NCBI RefSeq assembly: GCF_040938485.1
Contig: NW_027272031.1
Coordinates: forward strand, 434,001 to 498,000
Length of the DNA stretch: 64,000 bases
DNA from: Diadema antillarum
Lineage: Eukaryota
Direction of reading: 5' to 3'
The notes under the pieces are model-generated. The model was not told the origin of the DNA, searched no databases, and was given only the letters and a program-made list of their open reading frames with translations. This document shows, piece by piece, positions 1 to 13,085 of this stretch. How positions within the stretch are numbered: position 1 is the stretch's first letter; each line of letters begins with the position of its first letter. A program made the position numbers and the translations under genes.

Positions 1-61
1 TACACGACCCTGGGGGTGTTGGCTTGCGTATCTCCTGTCTCCTTCACCTCTGTGCCACTTT

Positions 62-413
62 CTCTCTCATATGTTTCATGGTCTCTTCTATTCCCCTCCT
101 CTCTCATATGTTTCATGGTCTCTTCTATTCCCTTCCTCTCTCTCTCTCTCATGTTCCATGGTCTCTTCTACTCCCCTTCTCTCTCTCTCTCTCATATGTT
201 TCATGGTCTCTTCTATTCCCCTTCTCTCATATGTTTCATGGTCTCTCCTTTTCCCCTCCTCTCTTATATGTTTCATGGTCTCTTCTATTCCCCTCCTCTC
301 TCATATGTTTCATGGTATGTTCTATTCCCCTCCTCCCCCTCTCTCTTATATGTTTCATGGCGTCTTCTATTCCCCTCCTCTCTCATATATTTCATGGTAT
401 GTTCTATTCCCCT

Positions 414-449
<36 letters not shown>

Positions 450-740
450 GTTTCATGGTTTCTTCTATTCCTCTCCACTCTCATATGTTTCATGGTATGT
501 TCTATTCCCCTCCTGCCTCCCCCTCTCTCTCTCCCCTCTCTCTCATATGTTTCATGGTCTATTCTATTCCTTTCCTCTCTCATATGTTTCATTATCTTCC
601 TCACCTCTCTCACGTGTTTCATGGTCTCTTCTATAATTCCCCTCCTCCCTCCACATATATTGCTCCCTCTCTCCTTTTACATATATGTTTCATGGTCTCT
701 TCTATTCCCCTTCTCCATCTCTCTCATATGTTTCACGGTT
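62..740. repeat. Pyrimidine-rich minisatellite, about 16 copies of a roughly 35-40 bp unit (CTCTCATATGTTTCATGGTCTCTTCTATTCCCCTC) with variable (CT)n inserts
   Basis: The core ATGTTTCATGG recurs about 16 times at irregular intervals of mostly 32-45 bp. It explains the repetitive Ser/Leu/Phe ORFs at 16-1174. Confidence 0.95.
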
Positions 741-1160
741 TCTGCTTTTCCCCTACTCCCTACCTTTCTCCTCTTTTTCTTCTCTTCATCTCTCCTTTCT
801 TGTTTCTTTCTGCCTCTCAAGACTTTCATCTCTCCTTTTCTATACACTTTTCTGAGTATCTCTTTATCTTTAGATTATCTCTATTGTCATTATACTTCCC
901 TCTGTTTGTTTTCTCTCTTTTTCCAGATAATTTGCGTATTTTTCTTAAATCACTCTCTTTCTCTCTCTCTCTCTTGTTCCCCTTATCTATGTTTCTCTCA
1001 TTCTCCTTCTCTACCACATTAAAGAAAATTACTTTCTTTTTCTCTTTCTTTCCCTCCCTTGCTCTCTCGTTCTGTCTCTCTGCCTCCTTTCTTTTTTCCT
1101 CTTCTGTTTCTCCCACTTCTGTCTGTCCCTCTTATGTTTCTCCCAGACTTTCCCTCCCCA
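740..1160. repeat. Polypyrimidine (CT-rich) low-complexity tract
   Basis: Almost purely C/T on the + strand, continuing from the minisatellite. Confidence 0.85.
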
Positions 1161-2912
1161 AACAAGGGATATGAGTCTCATCCACACCCTAAGGGGAGAA
1201 CCTTTCGCAAATCGATCACCGGAAGGCATTTCGCGACGAATTCGAACGTCGAGTGGCTTGTCTGTGCCGTATCGACATGTAGCACGAGTCGGTGAAGGGC
1301 CGCACGACGATTTAAAAAACACAGCAGCCCCGAGGAGGCTTTGAGAACAAAGCACGGAGGGACGCCGTCATTCCTAACCCTCTCCCAGTCTTAATTTCCT
1401 TCGTTTTTGCATGTTGTTGGTTTCTGCTTACACCAGCTTCACCTTTGGTGGGCGAAGTTAAATACATATTTAACCCGAATCTGCTGCTTGCTAAATTTGC
1501 CGTGAGGGTGGTGGCCATTAAGACTGTTTAGGTTTCTTCACTAATGGACTTCATTGGCTCCATGCCCCACAAACGAATACCTGTCACCCCCCGTCCCTGA
1601 GCCGGAGATGAACCACGTCCTACATACAAAAATGGCCTTCACACGATTCACCTTGTATCCGACATCAGATTAACTTTGACGTCATGTCACGAGCGCATAT
1701 ATTACGATCTCTTCCTCAACACATTCCAGCTCCAACGAATTCTTTACAAAATGTCGCCCTCTGTGTGAAAACATTTTATTGGTATGCAAAAACATCGATG
1801 AGTTGACCTATGGAGTCTCTTCAGTATATGCTTGGTCACATGATGAATTCTGTATATATAATATACAACCTAAACAAATAAAACAAAAAAGCAAGGAAAA
1901 AGGCATTGCCTTCCGAGGCAGTAAGTTACTGGGTATCTGAAACTGTTTCATGCAGGCATTATCTAGTTGAACTCTGTGCTTCCTCATACAGGACATCCCC
2001 AATATTTCATGGAGGTAATATCTAGATGAATTCCCTACAGGCAATATCATGCTGAATTCCTTCCCTTCTCACGCAGTATATCTCGAAAATGCTTGATGCA
2101 GGCAATATCCAGCTGATATAATTCACTGGCATTCCCCTTGTCCAGCCCTTATCAATCTTTCCTTGGCATCTTTCTTTTCTTTTCTTTTATCAGTTCTCAC
2201 TGCAAACATCAATTGGCTCATTCAAGACATTTATTTATGAGGGTCATATTTCTCTTATAATTGTCACCACTTGTACATCTCTAGACTGTGGCAGTGTCCA
2301 TTGCATTACAGAGAAATATGAAATGAAATAGAACATGGCTGTAAGCATTCGGTCCAACTTCAGAGGAAGACCATTCCCTACTAATGATTCTTTCTATTGG
2401 TGGTTCAATCACCTGGTCTCAAACTACAAAAATGAGTATCTTGAAAGAGATGACATACTTAATGTCAAATACAGCCTTATTAATCTTATGTCTTTATCTC
2501 CCCCCCCCCCCCCCCATAGCACTATAATTCTATCAATGAGTCCTTGGATTTTTCACATTTGTTTGACCTTGTTTCACTATCTGTACAGTCATGATGAAGC
2601 TGAACTATGACATAATTTTGACCTAAGCATCCCCCCCCAAAAAAAATATGTACTGGGACATGCAGTGAGATAATTTGCACTTGCACTTCATTTAGCAACC
2701 ATTGCATAAACTACAGAAAGAATACAAAGAGAGAAAAAAAAAGAGAAACAACCTAACCAGCATTGTTAACAATGGCAACAACAAAGTAGCAAAATAAATA
2801 CACATCGATTCAAGATTTTGTGATTGCCAGCTGGCAAACCAAAGTGAAAATATCTCACTTACTTTATCCTACTGTTGTATCCAACAACTCTGATTTGCAT
2901 TAACTATCAGCA

Positions 2913-3302
2913 TTAAAGGGGTCGTACAATTTTGGTTGAGACCTAATTTCAGGTTTTTAACATTTTTTGGTGAGATAATGAGAAACCTCTTATGAAATAT
3001 GAAAGAGCATGTGATTTTATGAGGAATTCTACGTTTATTTGATGAAAATTGGTTTTGAAATGGCCGAGATATCCAAAAAAGAGCAATTCTGATAAAGTGT
3101 GGGACCCACACTTTTTTACGATTGCTTTGTTTTACTTTGTTTTTGGATGTTTCAGTCATTCCAAACCCGATTTTCATCAAATAAACTTTGAATTCCTCTT
3201 AAAATGGTATGCTCTGTACTATATCATAAGTGTTTTGTCGGTATCTCGCAAAAAGTTAAAAGCCCAATTCTCATCTCCACTAATACTGTACTATCCCTTT
3301 AA
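2913..3302. mobile_element. Non-autonomous DNA transposon (Kolobok-type MITE, family B)
   Basis: TTAA-AGGGG...TCCCT-TTAA ends. The internal sequence is homologous to 49012-49367 (GAGAAACCTCTTATGAAATATG...GATGAAAATTGGTTTTGAAATGG). A TTAA target with AGG/CCT termini is the Kolobok pattern. Confidence 0.75.
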
Positions 3303-4093
3303 ACATGTGCAATATATTCCATAATAATAATTTACCACGTCATTGTAAGCACAGTTGGTATCAAATTCAATTGAAAATGTTTTTAACTGAAAAAGAGATG
3401 GATTTAATGACTGCATAGATGTTACAGGGAGATACAGCATGAGAAAAAACAGTGGTAGCGTATATGTCTACAGGAAAGACAGGTACACAAAATTGTGTCA
3501 ATAGGCCTGTAGAAACCGGGACAGTCTGAAAACAGACTCAACTCACTTGACATTTAACACAAAAAGAACATCCAATGCTCTCCCTTTCGACACTATTTCC
3601 AGTGACCAGAGCAGGCGAAATAGAGGTTTAGATGATGAAAACACGGATATAAGATTATGCCCCAGTTTTATACCAGAGAATAAAAGCGCTATTCAGATTT
3701 AGAAAACAAGGTATGAATGAATTGCTCTCTGAGTGAGCTCTCAGTGGTTATATTTACATGAATTTAGAAAAGTATCTTTTTAAAGAGCAAAGGAATATGA
3801 TTTTAAGTTTTTTCATCAGATTTTATCTTTCAAACAAATTTCAGTTCGATGGAAGATCACATCAGATATGATTTTGTCGGCAGTCATCTGAACCGTCATG
3901 TATCAATACAATTTGATGAATACATTACATGTTAAAATTAGAATTAAACTCTTCGTATTACAAAAATAATTGCAAATGCGAGACATAAAAGTATAGCAAT
4001 CATGATCGAAAAAATGGGTAAATGCAATTAAATGGGTAAATGCAAATGGGTAAATGCAATTATCTCCAAACATTATTCTTACGTGAATATTGC

Positions 4094-4348
4094 ATATCGT
4101 AGCTGGGGTGACAAGACCTCGTATCTCAAAAATGTCATTTTTTTTTTTTTTTAGCTTAATGGTCAAATAATGGGTCAAGTGATGTCTTGGCCAAATCCCA
4201 ACTGTCTTACTTCAAAAATGAAGTCACCATGACATGTCAAAGGAAAGGCTTTCCCATTCACTATAGTGCTTTGGCCACCATGTTTTTTTGCTCTCCTGAA
4301 CATTTGACATTTTTGAGATACGAGGTTTTGTCACCCCAGCGACGATAT
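4094..4348. mobile_element. MITE with about 43-bp terminal inverted repeats, TA-flanked (Tc1/mariner-like)
   Basis: TATCGTAGCTGGGGTGACAAGACCTCGTATCTCAAAAATGTCA at the left end and its near-perfect reverse complement ending at about 4347. Confidence 0.75.
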
Positions 4349-6462
4349 ACAACAGTTCAGATCACCGCCAATGATTTGTAACCACTGAAAAGATTTTAAA
4401 ACAGTTATTCCAGTTTTGTTGCAACTCAGATTAATTCAATTCAATTAATTTCAGTCCAGTTCAATTTAATTCAATTTATTTCAATTCTGTTATGCTTTAT
4501 TTCCATCAAATAAAAAGAAATACATAATGCATTGCCCACATGTAAACTCATTCTAGCACAAATGAAGTATTTTCATTCGTAATCAACTCACTGTAAATAT
4601 CAAAATTGATAAGAAAATGTTATTAAATGTAAATGCTGTTGAATTCTGCTCAAACGCACAAACCCGCCCAAACCGATCGATAAATCGCCAAATATCACAG
4701 TACACTAAAAGCGTTTGTCGCAATTCCATTCCTGTCGCATGTATTTTGCATGCAATGTGGTGAATGACTATCAAGCAGTGTGTCCTACTGGATTTGCAAG
4801 TAAATTCTAAGTTTCTGTCACTGTTTTGTGTGCAAAAGTCATGCCTTTACAATGATGTAGCTACTGATCATTTGAAAGAAAACCAATTACAGATTTGTCA
4901 AAAGAATTTACATCAAAGCGATGCTTGGCTTTTTTTTACATCTTTTCTCATTATATACCCAGGGTAACAAAAAAAAACCTATGAAAGTTACTTTGATTTG
5001 AAAAACAGAATGTTTTCCCAAAGCATGACTTATGTTTCTATCTCTGAATAATGTGGCACACAGGAGTCTTACACCATGGGGCATAAAGGGTTAATGGAAT
5101 AAATACCTCCGTAAGGGGAAAAAATAACACGTATTGTCTTTGTTTTCACATAAAAATATCAAGAATTCACAGAAGCAAAGCCTAATATAGTGTCATTAAC
5201 CTTATGGTAAAGAAGAGCTTAGAAACAGACAGACTTTAATCACAGGGAACAGTTGAGCAGAATGTTAAAAAGAGGTTTTGGCAAGAGTGGGAAAGCGGAA
5301 ATAGGTATGGGACGAGAAGCAATGGAGCAAGATGAATTCTGATCGAAGAGCTTAAGTACTGAAAGAAAGGTGGCAAATGGGAGAACAACTGGTCGAGACA
5401 CACAGATTATATTCCAGGCACACATATGTCACCCTGAATATAACATTGATGCTAAAGTAATTGGAACGACGGAAGCGACACTTTGCTGAATTGGGACCAG
5501 GAGATGGAAAACTTTGCTGACGCTTTCAAATCTATGTCTGAGAATAAAGGGCAATGAACACCTGCACACAGGAAGAATGGACAAGAAGTCACCTGGATGA
5601 ATAGTGGGAGTTCTTTATGTTTTGTTTCACTCTTTGCAAATTCAGCAAATATCTGCCTCCTGAATATCTCATGATATATATCACAAATATATGTATATAT
5701 ACATATATATAAAATGAGAGATATCATTGTGACTTCTCATCCTTTGGGGTGTGGAATTGAAATATAATTGTGTCCTGAGATTTCTCTTCAAAATATTTGT
5801 TATTATCACATATTCCAATCAGTCAGCAAAAAATTACACATGTTCTCATGTCACGTACCATGACGTTCCTCTCATACATAGCATTTTGAACAGCTCTGCA
5901 TCACTGGCTAATAGCCACATAAAGCACTGTCTACCATTGGAAGCAGGGATTGAAAAATGTCAAGAGTTATCACATTTTATGCATATAGTTCAGGTGTCTA
6001 ACAAAACATCCTACCATATGAAAATTTTGCAGTAAAGCCACAAATATACGGAGATATCACTAATTTTCTGAATAAACCATAACTGTAGATGGTCTATTCA
6101 AGAAACGATTTTGATAAAACTTTTGTTCACATTTGGTATATCTAACAATACTTAACATTGATTATACTATATTTTTACATTGGTTGTTTCTATTCCTAAA
6201 TCACATTTTAGAACTATTTTGAAGCACTAAAGCTGTTCTTTTTTTTTTTTCATCTGCAAATGGTAAACAGTGGCTTTAAGACTGCGACAGTAACAGAAAG
6301 AGATCTGAAATAAACAGCAGAAGGAAAACAGAAGCATCATACTCAGATTTCCACAGAGTTGAAGAGAGTTTGCAAGGACTATAATAGCGTAAGGGCAAGT
6401 CCATTCATGAGGCAGGGGTGTGCTATACAGAGTGATACAGAGATAACAAATGTGGTACAGTC

Positions 6463-6948
6463 TTGTTACCTCCGCCAATGGGGGAGGTTATGTTTTCGTT
6501 ACCGTTGGTTTGTTTGTTAGTTAGTTCGTTCGTTCGTTTGTCCGTGTGCAAAATAACTCAAAAAGTAGTTAACGGATTGGGATGAAACTTGCAGGAAAGG
6601 TTGAGAATGACACGAGTAACAAACGATTAACTTTTGGAAGTGATCCGAGAATTTGGGGGGAATTTATGAAGGATTTTGATATTTTGGCAGGTAGGGTCAA
6701 TGAACTTGGGAGTTCAGGCTGCGCGTATTTGAGGTTTGCATGCGCGCACTAAAGTGCGTGCTCTAGTTTCTGCTGGGGAGGGGCGCGCCGCGCATCTGAG
6801 GGTTTATGACGTAACAAAGGCTTCTATATTGAGAAATCGGGCGATTTTTCAGTGGGTGAAAATCACTTATCTCTATGGAAGAGCAAGATCATTAGTGGAA
6901 AGTAACTGCTTGGCGGAGGTCTGCGCTCTCGGAGTGCTTTTCTAGTTT
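6463..6948 (+). mobile_element. Non-autonomous Helentron/Helitron-type element (HINE, DINE-1-like)
   Basis: Subterminal inverted repeats ACCTCCGCCAA (6468-6478) and TTGGCGGAGGT (6910-6920). A (GTTT/GTTC)n microsatellite lies near the 5' end and a hairpin GCGCTCTCGGAGTGC (6923-6937) near the 3' end. The element ends CTAGTTT in T-rich flanks. Confidence 0.8.
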
Positions 6949-9099
6949 TAATTGTTTAGCAAATACTCCACCTTAACCAATACATAGAGAAATAAAACTC
7001 ACACACAAACAGAGACAGATATAGACAAAGAAATGAAGGCCTATGAAGCTAAAAGACAGTCCAGGGAATCCGCGCCGAGAATGATTGCAGAAGAGGGAAG
7101 AAAATTTGAGAGATAGCTAAACCCAGAACAAATGTAGAAAGAGATCTAGAGTAAAGACAAGATACAGAGAGAAGAGTTTGTGACAGAAAAAAATGTGGAA
7201 GAAGGATGACAGTTTTACTATCCACACATGGAATGAAATAAGGCGGGACCAAGCTGAGATACACAAACGGGAAAAGTGAGATTCTCCAGGGCAAGCCGGC
7301 TGCAAAGGGAAAGTTACGTCCTCTGCAGCTTGGGCATCCAAGATTGGCATCATTTTGGCGGCAAACACATCAACACACAGACGGCAAATATTTAATCTCC
7401 TGAGCAAGGAGGACTCTCCAGCCAGACAAGATTTGACCCAGTCGGGGGCTACACACCCTCTTGAGAAGTCCCAAAACATCATGGTCAAAAAAGAGAGAAT
7501 CAGTAAACTTCCTTCCAACCCGTAATTTGCTCATCAAAAAGAGCAAAACATCCATCTCTTGAAAAAACTTTGAAGATTCTCCGGTGTTTAGAATTCCTCT
7601 GAGTCATCCTCCGGGTCCAACGGTGCGTATCTGATGAGTTTGGTGAACATCCACTCCAATTTACACATCTACACATCAACTCTCATCACTTATCTTGTCA
7701 TCATCAACAAGTTGTCAGCAAATCAGTTTACCAAAAAAGTTTATAAGTCTGACAACATTTGTTGTTGTTGTAGTTGTCGTTATCATGTGAGAATGCATCT
7801 AGAAAAAAAACAGCTACATGCAATTAGCAAAGTATGACATGTAAGGCACTCAATAGTAACTATGGAAATGCCTACAAAATGTATCCACTACCAAAAACAC
7901 TGTTAATCTGTCAAGTCCAGAAACTACAGTTCTATGGTTTGTAGTTCTATCTCTTTATCACACTTTTTGTTTATCATTCATTGCTAGCATTTCAAAAGGA
8001 AGAATAAGAATGGCTCTTTCATTTCAACATTATATTCTTAGTCAAATATGGATTGTTTATTTAGGCTGCAGAATTATCAAAACCCTTTCACTTGATGGAT
8101 TTGTAACAGATCCTTATATTAATTGATAAGCAACATACTTTAAATCAAATAAATTCAATTCCTTCCATCTAATCTTTCTGAAATGAGTAATACAGAGTAC
8201 ACTTTAAAGTTGCCAACTTAAGGAAATGATGATAATTTCTGCAACAAAAATATTCCGGGATTTGACAGGCTAATTTGTCCAAAGAGATGGCAGTACAATG
8301 ACTGCCATACTGTTCTGAATCCTAAGGAATGAGTAGAGGGAATTCAGAGTGCAAGTAATGTAATCTGCAGAAAAAACCGAGATGAACGCATCTGCAGCGA
8401 CCGCTATAGAATGGTCCCAGTGAGAGCGAACCGTCTGCCAGCCACTGACACATATCAGAGTCGCCTGTCACGCCACGCCGTGCGACATCAGTGCCATCAA
8501 TCGCTGTAGGAAAAAAACGATCTTTCCCCCAATACTACAACAGCAATTGCAGTCACTTTGTTTTGAGAATCTGTTTTTGCTGAGCATTCATTTTATTTTT
8601 TTTTCTTCTTTTTTTTTGGGGGGGGGTGACTCAGGCAAGAGATAGAGTAAAGAAAGAAAAACCCTTTAATACATGCAGCAGCAAATCACAGAAATATAGA
8701 CAACAGGAAAAAAAAATAGGAGGACGAGAAAAAAAAAAACGGGCAGGATTTTTGCTCCAAACCAGGATCAACAAACCACTTTAAACACTCTATCGCCTGA
8801 AGACAAAATGCACTACTTTTGACAAGCCGAAAGTGACACAGGATAAGACATTACTAATGCCAACACAATGGACGGAATCACAAGAAGAGATTCACTCTGC
8901 AGTAGATGGTTCATTAACCTACTGAATCCCAAAACCTATGCTTCTGTGGATTACTGCTGAATCTACTCAATGCAATGACATCTACTCATTGCTAAATGGT
9001 TAACGACCAGCTTTCTTCACTGGAGGCCTTTTCAAATCACAATTGTCAATTGTCGATTTGGCTCTAAAAGTAAAAGAGTTGGCATTAACATCAACACTG

Positions 9100-9535
9100 C
9101 ATGGGTGTATGCAAGGGGGGGTCGGGAGGGTCGTACGACCCCCCCCCCCCCCCCCAAATTTTCAAGAGGTCCACTTTTTGTAAAAGACATTTTTTTTGAG
9201 GGCTTTTTACTCTATATAGGCCTACAACAGGAAAAAAAAAGTGACCAGGTGGTGTTCCAGCAAATTGTCAAAAACCTCGTAAATTTCGTAACTTAGTTTT
9301 AGTATGCCATAATTTACCTTATTTCTAAGCTGCACTGCCATGCCGAAAAAGTCACTTTTGTATGCACCAAATTGCCCCATTTTAAGATATAGAATTCAAA
9401 AACTCCCTACCGCGGAAGGGGGGACACCCCCCTCCCACACCCTCCCCCCGCTCGGTCGCTCCACTCCCTCGCAAAGGTAAAGGTCCAAAAATTTTGGTTA
9501 CGACCCCCCCAGAAAAAATCCTGGATACACCCCTG
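9100..9535. mobile_element. MITE with CAGGGGTGTATCCAGG-type TIRs and a 5-bp TSD (CACTG)
   Basis: The left end CATGGGTGTATGCAAG differs at 3 positions from the reverse complement of the right end CCTGGATACACCCCTG. CACTG lies at 9095-9099 and 9536-9540. Confidence 0.7.
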
Positions 9536-10283
9536 CACTGCTCCACAACTGGTGGAAATGGGAGCTAAATGTATCTCCCCCATTTACTTAACCAGTATCT
9601 TGATTCTGTTATACAACAAGAAAGACCTGATAAAAAAAAAGAAAAGAAGCAAAGCTACACAAGTCAACAGCATTGTTTGTGAAACAATGATTTAGAGATG
9701 CACGGTTAGTCGTTACAAATCAGTTCGCCCTGGTGCACTAAAAATTTAGCATTTGAATTTCCTCCCGCTGTATTTCGTTGTTTTTTTCTCTCTCTCTGTC
9801 CTTCTGAAAACAGAGAAAGGAGAATGGTGACATCAACCTGACACTTCATTTGTATATCGGTCAATCACACACACTTGACCACCTGACCCCTTGTTTACCA
9901 CCACACACTACTGTCCGCAGCTATCACAAAGGTGAGCACACTCATTGACCAGTGCCAGGACAATTTGAAAGCTTCTCTTTTTCTTCTTCTTTTTTTGTGT
10001 TTCTTTTTTTTTTTCTCAGATGCTCTCTTGTTTTCTCTTGTGGCAATTTGTTTCCTAAAATGTTCTATATTTTAGTTTTAGTTCACAGCCATTTCAATTG
10101 CCTTGGGGCCATGTGCTTATGTTTTTGTATGGGCCAATATTTTCTTTATCTCTACACGGCAATGCTATGAAGTGAAACCTGATGATGGGTCAGTCTTTCC
10201 CTGCCCGTAAAAGGCAGATGAATCCTCTATGTAAGTACAGACTTGTTTGCTGGTGGGTGGCACATCCCCCCACACACACACAC

Positions 10284-10699
10284 TTAAAGGTGCATGGTCC
10301 CGGTAGTGTAAAGGGCGCTGTTGATGATACTGCCGATCACCGTTACCAAAGTTGAGCTGTCATCAAGAGTAAAGTGCGTAGGTGTTGCTAAATAACGTTG
10401 CCTTCGTTGTCTTCTCTGCACATCGCGCAGTCTGTAGTAATGCCAGGGTGCGTGCATATGTGCTTGTTATTATGACATCACAAAAGATGTTTGCTAAAGC
10501 TGTCATCCCCCTCGGGCCGAATCATGAGCCGAACTGTGATCGGACCACTGACTACAGTGAATCGGACTTCTTCGGACTCGGGGAAGTGGGCCACAGCGTA
10601 AGCGCCAAAGAGGAGTCGATAGCATAGGTCTCTATAGGAAACTTGCGCAATGCGCCCGCGTACACATTTGACTAAAACACCGGGACCATGCACCTTTAA
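10284..10699. mobile_element. Kolobok-type MITE, family C
   Basis: TTAA-AGGTGCATGGTCCCGGT ... ACCGGGACCATGCACCT-TTAA, a perfect 17-bp TIR flanked by TTAA. Confidence 0.85.
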
Positions 10700-12781
10700 T
10701 ATCACTGTAGAAAAACTTCATAAGACAGAGGAAAAAAAATATCAATACAGTATGTTCACATCTTCCACAGATTGCATTTCAACTTCACATTCTAATCAAA
10801 CACCTGCAGTTGTCAATCTTCTGCTTATGTATACCTCATGCACTTGCAAGGGCATCAATACTCACATGAAAAGATATACATGGGACCAAGGCACTCTCTT
10901 TGCCAAACTAAAATTGTGAGACAGTAATGAGAACAACAAAAATGACCACAAAACTCAAGCAGACTCCAATACTAGTTACAGAATCATGGAATGCCTTTGG
11001 ATTATCACCACTTTCCTCACAAATTCCTCTACAGAAAGGTCATTCAGGATGTAAAACAGCCCCAAAGTAACCCAATACGATCCTATTGATCATGTAATCA
11101 GAAACGGAAATTCCAACTAATACATGAGCACCTGTTTCAGATCCATATTTGAAAGTCAAAACACAAACACACATCGAAAAAACGATAAAACATCAAGCAT
11201 CTCTAGCTACTGCCAAGAGTCGCTGACTCCTTGTACTTGAGTCTTCTGTGAAAAGCTTACAGTTGTGCGTAAGTACCAATACAGCTGTCGCAGCCTGCTA
11301 ACTTTGTTCATATAAAATTCTGTTTTTGAAATAGTCGAATACACAAAGTGTTGTCAGAGAAAATTTCAAAGAAACATGCATATCACATTATGGATTTCTG
11401 TGAATTTAAGAGTCATGAGAGAAGAGATTAATACACCGTTTCTTCTTATTTGGTGGGGGGGGGGGGATGGGAGGCCGATAAAAACAAACGAAACAAGATC
11501 AACGTAAACTGCCAAAATGTGCTCACTAATCAACTAATTTCAGCCTGCTATGGCATAACAACTCCAATTAGGTTTACCCCGTTCTTTCTTTTCCTTTTCT
11601 TCCAGCATCGCTATGAATCATGCGATACATCACTATTTCCATCTGAGAAGTCGTTTGTCAATGGTGGCAATTACAAAGTATAGGTGATAAGCTGTGACAG
11701 CCCTTTATGTAATCATCATCACTGTTAGTAAAGTATTCATTAGTCATCTTCAATCAGGTCTCACCAAAATCCTGAACACAAATTCTTTTGGGTACAAAAG
11801 CCATTATTTGTTTGTTTCTTTGTTTGTTTGTCTTTAAGGGATTGACGTTTGTTTGAGTTTTTCATTTTTTTTATTTTTGCATGCTTGCAATATCATTCAG
11901 TATTACTTTAATCATGTGGACTAATTTAATACCATAAAACCAACTATGTCATGCTTTTGAATGCATGATACTTTGCAAGTTTCTCAAGATGCCAAGATCT
12001 ACAATTAAGTAAAATGTAGGCAAAAGTGTTTGTCTAAACAATGCATTGAACGCCAATGGCAATTCAAGAAAGTCTCATGACATGAAAAAAGCCATCAAAT
12101 CCAATTAGTGAAAGGTTCATGTCGCCGATGTTTCTGATTTTACAGTACATTGACCACATTGAGAAGGAGGGCTGAAAATTATATCCAAAGTTTGCTTTTA
12201 AAAAGTCAAGACAACTTCTGCAAACTTTATACGCTTGTTGACATATATCCAAGTCTCTTGACACTTTCATAATTTGAAATAATGCCAGAAAACATCCCCA
12301 AATTTTGTCTCAGATTCCAAGATTCTGGGAAATGATCCTCCTCAGTTTTCACCAGCGAGTATTGGTAAAGAAACTTATCATGTAGGTGGGTATGTCAATC
12401 CACACATTAGCCTACATCCCACCTCACAATTGCTCTACCTGGCAGAGATAAAACAACTGCACTTGTTTGAACACAGACATGGACAGCAAGATATTGTCAC
12501 CCTAGCCACCTTTAACACGGTTACATTAGTAATGTGGTTGGCCATATTTCACATGAACATATCTATACAAGTGGTCTGTCTGGAAATTATTCATTGGAAT
12601 CATATGACCAGCTTTTCCCTTTAAGAGTTCAACAAGGTTTCAATATCATCTCTAATTTTTATGATAAAACAAAACAAAACAAAACAAAAAATACACATAA
12701 TGCAACTTTTCCAGTACCACTTCTAAAATAGGGAACTGTCACTACACGATGGGAAGACGGAGAAGACACAGAAGGAGTCAG

Positions 12782-13085
12782 CAGAGACTCCAACTCTCCC
12801 GTTTTCGACGGGAGATCTGCCGCCGAAAACCCATTTTTGCAAAATCTCCCGTTCTCCCGCTTGAGATTTAATTTCTCCCGCCCTGGCTCTTTGTCTCCCG
12901 TTGGAAAGGATTTCTTACTTATTTCTATTGTATGTTGAAAAAAATAAGCCTTAGATAGCACCAGAAAACATCTAGAACCCTGGGAATTTCGCACTTCGCA
13001 CACATCAAGTTGGAGTCTCTCGTTTGCTAAGGGTTTCAGGCGGGAGAATCTCCAGATCAGAAGGTGCTTGGGGTTGGAGTCTCTG
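12782..13085. mobile_element. hAT-like MITE with 13-bp TIR and a 6-bp TSD (AGTCAG)
   Basis: CAGAGACTCCAAC ... GTTGGAGTCTCTG with AGTCAG at 12776-12781 and 13086-13091. There are repeated subterminal TCTCCCG/CGGGAGA motifs and an extra internal TIR copy at 13008-13020. Confidence 0.7.

Noticed and set aside
16-1174. Long ORFs of 206-367 aa
   Set aside because: They are translations of the CT-rich minisatellite, which lacks stop codons in several frames. No protein signal.
7049-7680. Overlapping ORFs with a YAP-like word (KLIRYAPLDPEDD), suggesting a LINE endonuclease
   Set aside because: A single short motif with stops around it and no other endonuclease motifs in order. It may be a decayed TE but cannot be assigned.
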